Positions 16,044-25,934 are shown, counted from the first letter of the stretch. The stretch: 50,868 nucleotides of DNA from Eggerthellaceae bacterium (GCA_045545435.1 JAZQAV010000099.1:1-50868), one strand, 5' to 3'. Notes: generated by a model not told the origin, from the letters alone. Numbers and translations: made by a program.

Positions 16044-17627
16044 ATGGCTGATGCGATGCTACCGAAAAAAGACGATAAACCGACGATGAACGCTGATGGA
16101 GCGTGGGAAATTGCCTCTTCGGGCACCTATACCGACGTGCATGCGCCCCGTTCTGTAGCGCTCGTTGTGCTTGCTTTGGCGCTCGTGATGGTAATGCTGC
16201 CCTTTGTTGGCATGTTGTGGGCTCAAACCGAGTCGACTTCTGAGAACCGCGAATTAGCAAAGGCGCCGACCATCGTTACCGATGCGGGAGCTTTCAATTG
16301 GAACGTGCTCAGCGACGCGGGGACGTATTTTGAGGATCATTTTGCGTATCGGAATCAGCTTGTAGCTGCGAATGCGCATATAAGGGGCCTGTTTGGTACT
16401 TCGTCAACCGATCAGGTTGTTTTGGGAAGCGATGGCTGGCTTTATTACGGGGGAACGCTGCCCGATTATTTGGGACAATCGACTCTTACCAATCGCGAGC
16501 TGAACAACATAGCCCATAATTTGGCGCTCGCCCAAGGTTATGTTGAATCGAACGGTGCCGCATTTGCTTTCACGCTGGCACCAAATAAAAACACGCTGTA
16601 TCCAGGCCATATGCCCTATTATTATCTGGCATCCGACGCGGTCTCCAACGCTCAACGATTGAAACCGTTGCTTGATAGCGCGGGGGTCAATTATGTTGAC
16701 CTGTTCGACGTTTTTGCTACGTACGACGAAGAGTATTACTTAAAGCTCGACTCGCATTGGGACAACAGGGGCGCGCTTATCGCGGCGCGCGCGTTGCAGG
16801 ATGCCGTAGGACGTTCGTGTGCCATTGACGGTGCTGCACCAGTGGCGCGGACCGATTTTTCGGGGGATTTGGAAAGCATGCTCTATCCGTATGGGGCACG
16901 CTCCGATAGCAATTACTATTACGAAGGCATAAACGACGAGCCAGGCATGTCGGGATCCAGCTGGTCGTACATTCAGGGCGAAGGTGTCACCGACGCTTTT
17001 GTGGTCACACGTTCTGCAGCTGGCCGCGGCAGTTTGCTCATGTTCCGCGATTCGTTTGGCAATGCATTGCTTCCCTACGCTGCAACGTTGTACGGGCAAG
17101 GCGTTTTCAGCAAGCTTATCCCCTATAATCTGCCGACCATGCTCGATTGTCGCGCTCAAGTGGTGGTTATTGAGCGCGCGGAGCGTCATCTCGCATACCT
17201 TGTTGAGAATCCGCCGATAATGCCCAATCCAATTGTTTCGTCTGATGCGGCCGAGGCCGCAAGAGCCTCTTCGCGCGTGCTGCCTTCCAATGTCGCAACG
17301 CTGACCGTGGAGGAAAACGGTCCGTATTGGATGGTGCAAGGCGTTGTTGAGCGGGCTTATTTGGAAGATGCTACCCAAGTTTTCATTGAGGTCGCGCCGT
17401 CCGAAGGCGCTCCCGTCATGCTTGATGCCTTTTTGACGAGCGTTCCCGTTGATGGGGGCGAAGTGTCCTCGGGGCAATATGCCATAGATGCAGGATTGGC
17501 CTCCGACGGTGGCTATCTTGTTTACGTGGATAAAGCTCAGGTAAACCTTTCTGGCGCCACCATACGGGTGTACGCATGTGTTGGTGATACGTTTACGTGT
17601 GTCGGGGCCTTCGAGAATTTGCGATAG
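16044..17627 (+). CDS. AlgJ/AlgX/DHHW-family SGNH-like O-acetyltransferase partner (PatB-like), N-terminally membrane-anchored
   Basis: It has one N-terminal TM segment (VALVVLALALVMVMLPFVGMLW). The DxHW motif is in YYLKLDSHWDNRGALIAA. It starts 17 nt after the MBOAT gene with a GGGGAG RBS. Confidence 0.75.
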   Translation: MADAMLPKKDDKPTMNADGAWEIASSGTYTDVHAPRSVALVVLALALVMVMLPFVGMLWAQTESTSENRELAKAPTIVTDAGAFNWNVLSDAGTYFEDHFAYRNQLVAANAHIRGLFGTSSTDQVVLGSDGWLYYGGTLPDYLGQSTLTNRELNNIAHNLALAQGYVESNGAAFAFTLAPNKNTLYPGHMPYYYLASDAVSNAQRLKPLLDSAGVNYVDLFDVFATYDEEYYLKLDSHWDNRGALIAARALQDAVGRSCAIDGAAPVARTDFSGDLESMLYPYGARSDSNYYYEGINDEPGMSGSSWSYIQGEGVTDAFVVTRSAAGRGSLLMFRDSFGNALLPYAATLYGQGVFSKLIPYNLPTMLDCRAQVVVIERAERHLAYLVENPPIMPNPIVSSDAAEAARASSRVLPSNVATLTVEENGPYWMVQGVVERAYLEDATQVFIEVAPSEGAPVMLDAFLTSVPVDGGEVSSGQYAIDAGLASDGGYLVYVDKAQVNLSGATIRVYACVGDTFTCVGAFENLR

Positions 17628-17693
17628 CTGTAAAATAGGCCTATTCGCGCGGAGTAATCCGTAGCTTACAAGGGAGATTAAGGAGTTGGCGTC

Positions 17694-18371
17694 GTGGCAA
17701 TTAATTCGAAAAAGACTATCGCCGCTTTGGTGCTTTCGGCGGCTTTGGCGAGCAGCTTGATGATCGCGGGATGTGGTTCGCAGCAGGCCTCTTCGGCAAG
17801 CGCATCTTCGGCGGCCAGTGAAGAAGTAACAAAGCCAGCCCCCGACGACATTATTGGCAAAGAGTCGTCGGAAGTGTCCGCGCTGGAAATTAAAAACAGC
17901 ACCGGTCGGGCTATTGGGGGCGTACAGGCTAAAGGTGCCGCAGCAGAAGGGGATTTTCTTGCCCTTGAAATAGCTGATGGCGAATGGGCCGATGGCGCGT
18001 TGGCAGCGGTCTATTTTGAGCCCGTCGATTCCTCGGTCTTCACTATTCAAATAGTCTGCGACGGACAAACGTTTACGCTTCACAACGTTGACGTGAGCGA
18101 CCTTGCGGATGCTGAGGTGGTTATTGAAGGCGATATCGCCTACATAACGGCGAATCGTGGCGAAGAAGCAATTAATACGTTAGAAGAAGAAAAATCCATC
18201 CATGAAGCTGAGGTAGCAGCTGCAGAAGCGGCCGCAGCGGAGGCCGCAGCTGCGGAAGCTGCCGCTGCCGAGGAAGAAACGTACTACTATGAGCCTGCGC
18301 CTTCCTACAGCGCTCCGGCTCCTTCCCAGTCGCAAGACTCTTGCGTAGGCGGAGGTGTGGTGCTGCGCTAG
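17694..18371 (+). CDS. lipoprotein of unknown function with C-terminal (AAAEA)n low-complexity repeat
   Basis: The lipobox is in MAINSKKTIAALVLSAALASSLMIAGC. AAGGAG RBS with a GTG start. A 15-nt-period coding repeat at ~18204-18277 encodes EAEVAAAEAAAAEAAAAEAAAAEEE. Confidence 0.65.
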   Translation: MAINSKKTIAALVLSAALASSLMIAGCGSQQASSASASSAASEEVTKPAPDDIIGKESSEVSALEIKNSTGRAIGGVQAKGAAAEGDFLALEIADGEWADGALAAVYFEPVDSSVFTIQIVCDGQTFTLHNVDVSDLADAEVVIEGDIAYITANRGEEAINTLEEEKSIHEAEVAAAEAAAAEAAAAEAAAAEEETYYYEPAPSYSAPAPSQSQDSCVGGGVVLR

Positions 18372-18564
18372 GTCCACAATGCAACAGAGGCGCAACCGCG
18401 CTCTCTGTTTCGATGCGCGCCAGTAAACGTGGAAGATGCGATTACGAGCCTATCGGTGAGTTAACCGTTATTCGCCTCGGTGAAGAGGGGTTTATGCCCT
18501 CTCATCGGGGCGAACGCCTTTATATTGGCTGAATTGCTCAGCACTGTGGGTATATAATGGCCGC

Positions 18565-20358
18565 ATGGAAAAGCAGCAGGGCAATTACCCAACTCCAAAC
18601 AACAATAATGTGCCGCCGGTTCCGCCACCTGGGGCGCAGCGCTATCCGCAACCACCGCCTTTTGGCCCCACGTCGCAAAAAACGAGTACGGGCGCAAAGG
18701 TTGCGGTCAGCGTGGCAGCGGTTATCGGCGTGCTTATCCTTGTTGCGACAATTGTCGGATTGGTTCTGCTGATAAGTTCTTTTAACTCCTGTGTTGCAGC
18801 GTTCAGCGACGAGCCTATTGGAGACTCGCGCGAAACGAAGGCGTTCATTGAGAGCTCAACGGTAACAGCGCGCGACCTTGAAATATTCGACGCGCTCCGG
18901 GGATCGTTTGAGAGCATATACGCTTCCCGGAACAGCGAGTTGGCGGTTGCAACCAAAAGCGAACAAGAAGCCGCGCGGCGTGCGGTAAGCGATTATCGGG
19001 CGCAGCTGGAAACCGGCAGGTGGCCTTCGGGTGCAAAAGCGGCATTTAGCGGCCCGGACTTTCCTACGAGCCCGCAATTGTGGGTGCGCATAGCGGAGCT
19101 CTCGCAGGATTACCTGCAGGACAAAACCGGTGAAACGTGGCGCGTGGTTGATTTTGCTTACCCGTTTCCTAACAACGGCCCCATTCCCGTTCCGCCAAGA
19201 CGCGATGCGGAAGATTGCACACAGACCGTCCTGCTGTGCGAGAGCGGCCCCGATGCGGGTTTGTGCGTGAGCGTGTCCTATTATCGATGGACCTCGCCGG
19301 CTGTGTTCAAGGATGACCTTGAAAATGTGCGTAAAACCGCCTCCGAAATCAAGCAGCGTGTAGGCGAGTTTGAGGCCAGCGGCCTTATGGAAGGCCGTAC
19401 GTTCATGCTTGCGAACGGCGGGTTTGACGTGTTCGTTTGGTCGCGTGGCTCCGAGGACCCCTTGCGTGATGCGCCTACATTCCAGCAGTTTGCATCGGCG
19501 CTTTTCAATTTCATGGGGCGCACATCGTCGGTGGAAGTGCATTTGCTGGAAACAGGGACGCCCTGTGTGCTGCAGTGGCGCTTTTACCATGAGTATCCCA
19601 ATTCGATTCCTGCGCAATGGTTCACCGTTGGGGGCGCCCAAGAAGCACTGGCCGGCTCGTATTCCCTTGACTTCGAGTACGCGCCCGACGACTGCCTGTA
19701 CCGTCTGATGCTGTACCGCGATGGTGGCCAGTCGCAGCTCAGCGGAGCCTTGGTGCCTTCGGAGCTACGCTATCCCTGGGGCGCACCTCAAGAGGGCAGT
19801 GTGTACGACGGCGCGCTCGCCGCGCTTGTCGCCTCATTCTGCGGGGTGGCCGAGTCGGATGTGATAGCGCTTTCTTATGACAAGAGTTCACCAGGCGCAT
19901 CGGCAGGTGGCACATCGAGTGGTGGGTCGCGCGGCGATAAAGAGCTCGCTGTTCGCGTCGTGGTGCCGCGCGGGGCCCTGCCCGAGACCCCTGACGCGTT
20001 TGCTGCTGCAGTGGAAGATCTGTCTCGCGTGTTGTGGAACCATTGCTTCCAACATGCGGGCAGCTCTGCGAATCGCACGCTTCGTCTGCGGGTGTACGTG
20101 GTCGATCCGGAGGACATCGCGACAGCGGACACCACGCTTTCTTTTGCCGACATGCACGCGATGGCGCAAAGCAATCCCGCATCACTGGGCGCGTGCACGC
20201 CACGCGTTCGTTTGGTGGTGTGGAACAGCGTTTCGGCATGGAAAGGCGAAACAGAACCGGGCGAGCTTGATTGGCAAATAGATTTGCGGCAGGACGTTGA
20301 TGGAAGCGTCTGTCGCTCTCGAGAATGGTATCTTAGTAAACTGGACATTGCAGAATAA
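18565..20358 (+). CDS. single-pass membrane protein of unknown function (Pro-rich cytoplasmic N-terminus, ~520-aa extracytoplasmic region)
   Basis: The N-terminus is NNNNVPPVPPPGAQRYPQPPPFGP, followed by the TM segment VAVSVAAVIGVLILVATIVGLVLLI. No motif was recognised in the remainder. The long antisense ORFs here are Arg-rich shadow ORFs. Confidence 0.65.
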   Translation: MEKQQGNYPTPNNNNVPPVPPPGAQRYPQPPPFGPTSQKTSTGAKVAVSVAAVIGVLILVATIVGLVLLISSFNSCVAAFSDEPIGDSRETKAFIESSTVTARDLEIFDALRGSFESIYASRNSELAVATKSEQEAARRAVSDYRAQLETGRWPSGAKAAFSGPDFPTSPQLWVRIAELSQDYLQDKTGETWRVVDFAYPFPNNGPIPVPPRRDAEDCTQTVLLCESGPDAGLCVSVSYYRWTSPAVFKDDLENVRKTASEIKQRVGEFEASGLMEGRTFMLANGGFDVFVWSRGSEDPLRDAPTFQQFASALFNFMGRTSSVEVHLLETGTPCVLQWRFYHEYPNSIPAQWFTVGGAQEALAGSYSLDFEYAPDDCLYRLMLYRDGGQSQLSGALVPSELRYPWGAPQEGSVYDGALAALVASFCGVAESDVIALSYDKSSPGASAGGTSSGGSRGDKELAVRVVVPRGALPETPDAFAAAVEDLSRVLWNHCFQHAGSSANRTLRLRVYVVDPEDIATADTTLSFADMHAMAQSNPASLGACTPRVRLVVWNSVSAWKGETEPGELDWQIDLRQDVDGSVCRSREWYLSKLDIAE

Positions 20359-20410
20359 AAGGAAGCTCCCAGGAAACCGTTTGAAAGGCCAAAGCGTTTT
20401 CTGAGGCGGC

Positions 20411-22216
20411 GTGAGGGTGATCGCGGTGGCTCAAAGCTTCGGGCAATCGAAAACAACAAGACGCACGTTGCATTACTACAGCCTTGCGACACGCAAGCAT
20501 ATGGGGTTGTACTTGGGAATGGTGCTTTCCACCATCACCTACGTTGCCCTGCTGTCTTATGCGAACCCATATGTGATGAGCTTGGTGGTTGACCGCATAT
20601 CGGTGGAACCCGTTGCCCCCGATCAGGTGTTTGCCGTGTTCGGGCCGTTTATTGTGGCGTTGCTGCTGGTTAACGTATTTGGCCAGGCGGCGAGCAAGTT
20701 GCAAGATTATACGCTGTGGAAGCTTGAAATTGCGGTTTCGTACGACTTGGCCACCATGTGCTTCGATGCACTGTCCAACCAGTCCATGAGCTTTCATTCG
20801 AACCGTTTCGGCGGCACGCTGGTATCGCAAACCACGAAATTCATGGCGGCGTATAACCAGCTCATCGAAGGAATCAATTTCCCCTTCATTCCCGTGCTGG
20901 TCTCCATTGTGTCCATTTGCATCGCGCTTGTTCCGCGCGTGCCGGTGTACGTGGCCATTTTGATGACGCTGTTGGTGATATACGCCTGTGTGAGCTATGT
21001 GATGTACCGTCGCATTTTGAATTTGAACGAACAGGCTGCCGGCGCGCAAAATCAGTTGTCGGGCGAGCTTGCCGACAGCGTTGCCAACATTCTTGCGGTA
21101 AAAACCTATGGCCGCGAAGACTACGAGCGCGGGCTTTTCGATGATGCGAACCGCGAGGTGGTTAAGCGCGACAGCAAGCGCATGATGGCCAGTTTGGCAC
21201 GCGGCATTATCACGGCTACGATCGCCGTCGTAATCATGTCCGTGGTCACCATTTTCATTGTGGGTGGCAACGCATGGTTTGGCATTACGCCAGGTACGTT
21301 GGTGATCATGTTCACCTACACCTATTCCGTAACCAATCAGTTCAACTTCATAAACAACGGGCTGCAGCGTCTGAATCGCGCGTTTGGCGACGCTTCGGGT
21401 ATGACGATGGTGCTCGACGAGCCGCGTTTGGTGGACGATGCCCCCGATGCGTTTGAGCTCAACGTGGACAAAGGGGCCATCGATTTTGAGGGCATTGGCT
21501 TCAGCTACACCGACGGCAACGTGCAAACGCGCGTGTTCGAAGGGTTCGATTTGCATATTCCGGCAGGTCAGCGCGTTGGTCTTGTGGGCATGAGCGGTGC
21601 GGGAAAAACCACGCTCACCAAACTGCTGCTGCGTCTTTCGGATATTCAAGAAGGGCGCATACTGGTTGATGGCCAGGACATTTCAAAATGCACGCAACAG
21701 AGTTTGCGCAAGCAAATTGCCTATGTGCCCCAAGAGTCCATTTTGTTCCACCGCACCATTGCCGAAAACATTGCCTACGGGCGGCCCGATGCAACTTTGG
21801 AGGAAATCAAAGAGGCAGCCCGCCAGGCTAACGCCCTTGAGTTTATCGAGAAGCTGCCCCAAGGCTTCGATACCGTAACGGGCGAGCGCGGCATAAAACT
21901 TTCCGGCGGACAGCGTCAGCGCATCGTAATCGCTCGCGCCATGCTGGCAGATTGCCCCATTTTGGTACTTGATGAGGCCACCAGTGCTCTGGACAGCGAA
22001 AGCGAACGGTTGGTTCAGGAGGCTCTGGGCCGCTTAATGGCTGGACGCACCAGCATAGTTGTTGCGCACAGGCTGAGCACCGTTGCCAGCCTCGATCGTA
22101 TTGTGGTGCTCGCCGATGGCAAAGTGTCGGAAGACGGCCCGCATGCTCAGTTGGTTGAAGAAGGCGGAGAATACGCGCTGCTGTGGAATCGGCAGACCGG
22201 GGCCTACCTGGAATAG
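20411..22216 (+). CDS. ABC transporter, fused permease/ATP-binding protein (type I exporter, MsbA/LmrA-like)
   Basis: A six-TM N-terminal half is followed by Walker A GMSGAGKTT, signature LSGGQRQR, Walker B ILVLDEATSALD and an H-loop VVAHRLST. The start is uncertain: GTG 20411 has poor RBS spacing. Confidence 0.85.
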   Translation: MRVIAVAQSFGQSKTTRRTLHYYSLATRKHMGLYLGMVLSTITYVALLSYANPYVMSLVVDRISVEPVAPDQVFAVFGPFIVALLLVNVFGQAASKLQDYTLWKLEIAVSYDLATMCFDALSNQSMSFHSNRFGGTLVSQTTKFMAAYNQLIEGINFPFIPVLVSIVSICIALVPRVPVYVAILMTLLVIYACVSYVMYRRILNLNEQAAGAQNQLSGELADSVANILAVKTYGREDYERGLFDDANREVVKRDSKRMMASLARGIITATIAVVIMSVVTIFIVGGNAWFGITPGTLVIMFTYTYSVTNQFNFINNGLQRLNRAFGDASGMTMVLDEPRLVDDAPDAFELNVDKGAIDFEGIGFSYTDGNVQTRVFEGFDLHIPAGQRVGLVGMSGAGKTTLTKLLLRLSDIQEGRILVDGQDISKCTQQSLRKQIAYVPQESILFHRTIAENIAYGRPDATLEEIKEAARQANALEFIEKLPQGFDTVTGERGIKLSGGQRQRIVIARAMLADCPILVLDEATSALDSESERLVQEALGRLMAGRTSIVVAHRLSTVASLDRIVVLADGKVSEDGPHAQLVEEGGEYALLWNRQTGAYLE

Positions 22217-22518
22217 CGCGGTGCGCTTTTAGGGTTGCTGGTTTAGGCCCGCGTGTTTGCAGCCATCGATTCGTCCGGTTGCATCTCAGGGGTTAACACA
22301 AGCAAGGCCAAGGGTGTTCACTGGCGTTGCTCCAAATAAATTTATACATGTAAAAATTCTGGAAAACGGCAGTTTCGCCGTTGAGGGCGGGGGAGCGTTT
22401 TACTATTTGCTTATGGTGGCCACCGTCTGCAAAGCCTGGCAGCGTTCGTTAGTGCGCGTCATTAGGTTGGGAAGGCGTTGGTTGCATCCTTAAGGTCGGA
22501 TTTGTTGGGGGAGTGGCA

Positions 22519-23151
22519 ATGAAAGCTATTTTTCTGAACGGGAGCCCGCGGAAAAACTGGAACACCGCGCTGTTGCTTAAAGAAGCGCAAAAAGGTGCAC
22601 AATCGGTGGGTGCTGAAACCGAGTATATCGATTTGTACGACCTTAATTTCACGGGTTGCCGCAGCTGCATGCTCTGCAAGCGCAAGGATAGGGAAGCGGG
22701 TCGCTGCTACTGGAAAGACGATCTTTCGCCCGTTATCGACCGCATTTTGCAGGCGGACGCAATGTTTGTGGGGTCGCCCATTTACTTTGGCGAAACCACA
22801 AGCCAGTTCCATGCGCTGCTTGAACGTTTGCGCTTTTGCGTGCTTTCCTACGACGATTACTCGCTCTCCTTCAAAGGAAAGCTCAACGTGGGCATTGTGT
22901 TCACGATGAACGCGCCGCTCGATGGCTACAAGAAAAACTACGAGGCGGCGCTTGCCAACCAGGTGCGCATCGCTGGTTCGTTTGGCGGCAAAACGGTTGT
23001 GCTTCCCGCCTGCGACACCTTGCAGGTTACTGATTACAGCAAGTTCAGAATGGCGGGCTTCGATGCGGCTCATAAGCAGGCAATGCGCGAGGAGCAATTT
23101 CCTGCCGACTTGGCTAAAGCGTTCCAGCTTGGTGTTGAACTCTGTTCGTAA
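22519..23151 (+). CDS. flavodoxin-fold NAD(P)H-dependent FMN reductase / iron-sulfur flavoprotein-like protein
   Basis: The sequence reads MKAIFLNGSPRKNWNTALLL...FTGCRSCMLCKRK...ADAMFVGSPIYFGETTSQF. RBS GGGGAG lies 8 nt before ATG 22519. Confidence 0.75.
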   Translation: MKAIFLNGSPRKNWNTALLLKEAQKGAQSVGAETEYIDLYDLNFTGCRSCMLCKRKDREAGRCYWKDDLSPVIDRILQADAMFVGSPIYFGETTSQFHALLERLRFCVLSYDDYSLSFKGKLNVGIVFTMNAPLDGYKKNYEAALANQVRIAGSFGGKTVVLPACDTLQVTDYSKFRMAGFDAAHKQAMREEQFPADLAKAFQLGVELCS

Positions 23152-23170
23152 AGAATGCAATGTGGTGGTA

Positions 23171-23198
23171 AAAAAGGCGCCCTCCGGGGCGCCTTTTC
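23171..23198 (+). terminator. intrinsic terminator after the flavoprotein gene
   Basis: The hairpin is AAAAGGCGCCC-tcc-GGGGCGCCTTTT. Confidence 0.6.
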
Positions 23199-23310
23199 CA
23201 TTCGCGCCGCTGTGTGTGGAACTCAGGTATCACTTGGGTGACCAATCTTGCCCTCAAGTCGTTTTACGGTACTATGTGACGGAAAAAGAAACGCTGAGAG
23301 AGGACAGAGC

Positions 23311-24087
23311 ATGCTTGAACTTAGGAACCTTATATTTGAGGTGCCCCTTGTTGAGGGCTCTCAAGAGATGAAACGCGTGATAGACGATCTATCGCTGACG
23401 GTCCCCGACGATGGCTTTACGGTTATCACCGGCCCCAACGGCGGTGGTAAATCAACCCTTGCAAAGCTCATCATGGGCATCGAGAAGCCCCAGAGCGGCC
23501 AGATTTTGCTTGACGGCCAGGATATCACCAACCTGTCGGTAACCGAGCGCGCCCGTTTGGGCATTGGCTACGGTTTCCAGCAGCCAGCTCGTTTCAAGGG
23601 CATGAAGGTAAAGAAGCTCCTTGAAATTGCCGCCGGCGAAAAGCTGCCCATGCTGTCATGCAACGAGTACCTTTCCAAGGTGGGCTTGTGCTCGGCCGAC
23701 TGGCTTACGCGCGAAGTGGACAAGAGCTTGTCGGGCGGCGAGGTTAAGCGCATCGAGATTGCCACCATGTTGGCGCGCAATCCTAAGCTGGCCATTTACG
23801 ATGAGCCCGAAGCGGGCATCGATCTGTGGAGCTTCGATCGCCTTACCGATACCTTCCGTCAAATCCACGATGCGGGAAATGGGCATTCCATCATTATCAT
23901 CTCGCACCAAGAGCGTCTTATTCGCCTGGCGGACAACGTTGTCCTTATCGAAAAGGGACGCGTCAGCATGCAAGGCCCCACCGATGAGATTCTTCCCCAG
24001 CTGGGCCTTCAGCAAAAACCGATGGACGGCTGTGCGCTTACCGAGCCCACCCGCCTTCATCTCACCGAAATACCTACCACCTGCTAA
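23311..24087 (+). CDS. sufC: Fe-S cluster assembly ATPase SufC-like ABC protein
   Basis: Walker A GPNGGGKST, signature LSGGEVKRIEIA and Walker B LAIYDEPEAGID are present. There is no membrane domain. It is followed by a SufB/D gene. ATG 23311 has a GAGAGAGGA RBS; the track ORF starts earlier, at 23248. Confidence 0.8.
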   Translation: MLELRNLIFEVPLVEGSQEMKRVIDDLSLTVPDDGFTVITGPNGGGKSTLAKLIMGIEKPQSGQILLDGQDITNLSVTERARLGIGYGFQQPARFKGMKVKKLLEIAAGEKLPMLSCNEYLSKVGLCSADWLTREVDKSLSGGEVKRIEIATMLARNPKLAIYDEPEAGIDLWSFDRLTDTFRQIHDAGNGHSIIIISHQERLIRLADNVVLIEKGRVSMQGPTDEILPQLGLQQKPMDGCALTEPTRLHLTEIPTTC

Positions 24088-24128
24088 GCGCATTGTGCGT
24101 TTCGGGTGTTGCTATAAAGGAGTCACAA

Positions 24129-25058
24129 ATGGCTGTTGATCTTTCTCCCATTGACGAGAGCCTGTTGGCCTCAATTGCCAACATTCACGGTATGCCGAAA
24201 GGCGCTTTCAACATTCGCCGCGATGGGCAACTGCTAGAGCGTCACAATACGGCGTTCGTTGAAATTTCCACGAAAACCGATGTTCCCGGTATCGATATCA
24301 CGGTGAAGCCGGGCACCAAAGGCGAAACCATTTTTATCCCCGTCATCGTTACGCAGTCGGGCCTTAAAGATGTCGTGTACAACACGTTCTACATTGGCGA
24401 AAACTGCAATATCGAAATCATCGCAGGCTGCGGCATTCACAACGACAGCCACAAAGCCAGCGAGCACGACGGCATCCATACCTTCCATATTGGCAAAAAC
24501 AGCCGCGTGAAGTACGTCGAGAAGCATTATGGCGAAGGCGAGGGAACGGGCGAGCGCATCCTTAACCCCACCACCAATGTCTACATGGACGAAAAATCAT
24601 TCTGCGAGATGGAAATGGTGCAGATTCGCGGCGTTACCTCAACGGTGCGCGATACCAATGCCAAGCTTGCCGCAGGGGCAAAGCTCATCCTCACCGAGCG
24701 TTTGCTCACCCATGACGACCAAAAGGCAGTGTCAAATGTGACCGTCGAGCTTGAGGGCGAAGACTCAAACGTGCAGGTTGTTTCGCGCTCTGTGGCGCAG
24801 GACGAAAGTACGCAGGTGTTCAACCCGTTGGTAATTGGCAAGGCAGCATGTCGTGCGCACGTGCAATGCGATTCCATTATCATGGGCAACGCCAAGGTCA
24901 AGTCTGTCCCCGGCATTGAAGCGGTGAGCCCCGACGCCATTCTTATGCATGAGGCTGCTATCGGTAAAATCGCAGGTGAACAGCTGGTGAAGCTGATGAC
25001 GCTTGGCTTGTCGGAAGAAGAGGCAGAACAGGAAATCCTCGAGGACTTCCTGAGCTAG
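24129..25058 (+). CDS. SufB/SufD family Fe-S assembly scaffold protein
   Basis: 309 aa with a beta-helix-like repetitive pattern: NCNIEIIAGCGIHNDSHKASEHDGIHTFHIGKNSRVKYVEKH. The C-terminus MHEAAIGKIAGEQLVKLMTLGLSEEEAEQEILEDFL is typical of SufB/D. AAAGGAG RBS. Confidence 0.75.
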   Translation: MAVDLSPIDESLLASIANIHGMPKGAFNIRRDGQLLERHNTAFVEISTKTDVPGIDITVKPGTKGETIFIPVIVTQSGLKDVVYNTFYIGENCNIEIIAGCGIHNDSHKASEHDGIHTFHIGKNSRVKYVEKHYGEGEGTGERILNPTTNVYMDEKSFCEMEMVQIRGVTSTVRDTNAKLAAGAKLILTERLLTHDDQKAVSNVTVELEGEDSNVQVVSRSVAQDESTQVFNPLVIGKAACRAHVQCDSIIMGNAKVKSVPGIEAVSPDAILMHEAAIGKIAGEQLVKLMTLGLSEEEAEQEILEDFLS

Positions 25059-25091
25059 TTTGCCTTTGCAACACATTCGAAAGAGGCGCCC

Positions 25092-25934
25092 ATGGCTACA
25101 GACGCTTCAATGGATTCTCGGCGCGCATGCGAGTATGCTACGCGCAGCGGCGTTGTGCGCTATTGGGTGGACGATACGGCGGGACCTTCGCAGCCATGGT
25201 TGGTCTTCTTACCGGGATTAACCGCAGATCACCGCTTGTTCGATGCGCAGATGGAATACTTTTCGGGCCGTTTCAACTGCCTGGTATGGGATGCGCCTGC
25301 CCACGGTGCTTCGCGCCCCTATCCGCTTAATTTCAGCATGAACGACCTTGCGCGCATGGTGAGCGACATACTTGACGCTTGCCACGCGTCGCGTTTTGTC
25401 TTGGTGGGGCAATCGTTGGGTGGCTACATTGCGCAAGTGTTCATCGATTTGTTTCCCGCACGCGCGGCGGCTTTTGTTTCCATCGATTCGGCTCCTCTTA
25501 AACGTCGTTATTACCCCAATTGGGAAGTGGCGTTTTTGCGCCATACCAAGGGAATGTACCTTGCCATACCGTGGGCTGTTTTAAAGCCATGGGGCGCTTG
25601 GGGAACGGCGCAAACCGACGAAGCGCGTCAGCTTATGCGCGACTTTATGGACGGCTATACCAAGAACGAGTACGTCGATCTTGCCGCTTGGGGGTACCAG
25701 ATATTGGCGGATGCCGTTGAGGATCAGCGCCCTTACGAGCTGGATTGCCCCACGTTGTTGTTGTGCGGCGAACATGACCATGCCGGCGACGTGCGCACGT
25801 TCAACAGGAAATGGGCTGTGGGTGATAATTTGCCCCTCGTTTGGGTTCCCCGTGCAGGCCATAATGCAAATTGCGACAATCCGCAATTCGTGAACGCTCT
25901 AATAGAGTCGTTTGTGCAAACGCATCTTGCCTAA
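25092..25934 (+). CDS. alpha/beta hydrolase fold protein
   Basis: The sequence shows WLVFLPGLTADHRLFDAQ... and the nucleophile elbow GQSLGG. A late His is present in PRAGHNAN. Confidence 0.8.
   Translation: MATDASMDSRRACEYATRSGVVRYWVDDTAGPSQPWLVFLPGLTADHRLFDAQMEYFSGRFNCLVWDAPAHGASRPYPLNFSMNDLARMVSDILDACHASRFVLVGQSLGGYIAQVFIDLFPARAAAFVSIDSAPLKRRYYPNWEVAFLRHTKGMYLAIPWAVLKPWGAWGTAQTDEARQLMRDFMDGYTKNEYVDLAAWGYQILADAVEDQRPYELDCPTLLLCGEHDHAGDVRTFNRKWAVGDNLPLVWVPRAGHNANCDNPQFVNALIESFVQTHLA

Noticed and set aside
20333-21649. A 438-aa minus-strand ORF antisense to the ABC exporter, with similar long antisense ORFs at 16740..18083, 18856..19641, 42294..43373 and 30696..31508
   Set aside because: All lie opposite genes with unambiguous family motifs. 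They are His/Arg/Val-rich and have no recognisable domains or RBS. They are shadow ORFs.
22217-22518. A riboswitch or small gene in the 300-nt gap before the flavoprotein gene, including ORF 22257..22493
   Set aside because: The ORF has no RBS and an odd composition. I found only a short hairpin (AACGGC...GCCGTT) and an AT-rich promoter-like patch, with nothing matching a known riboswitch core.
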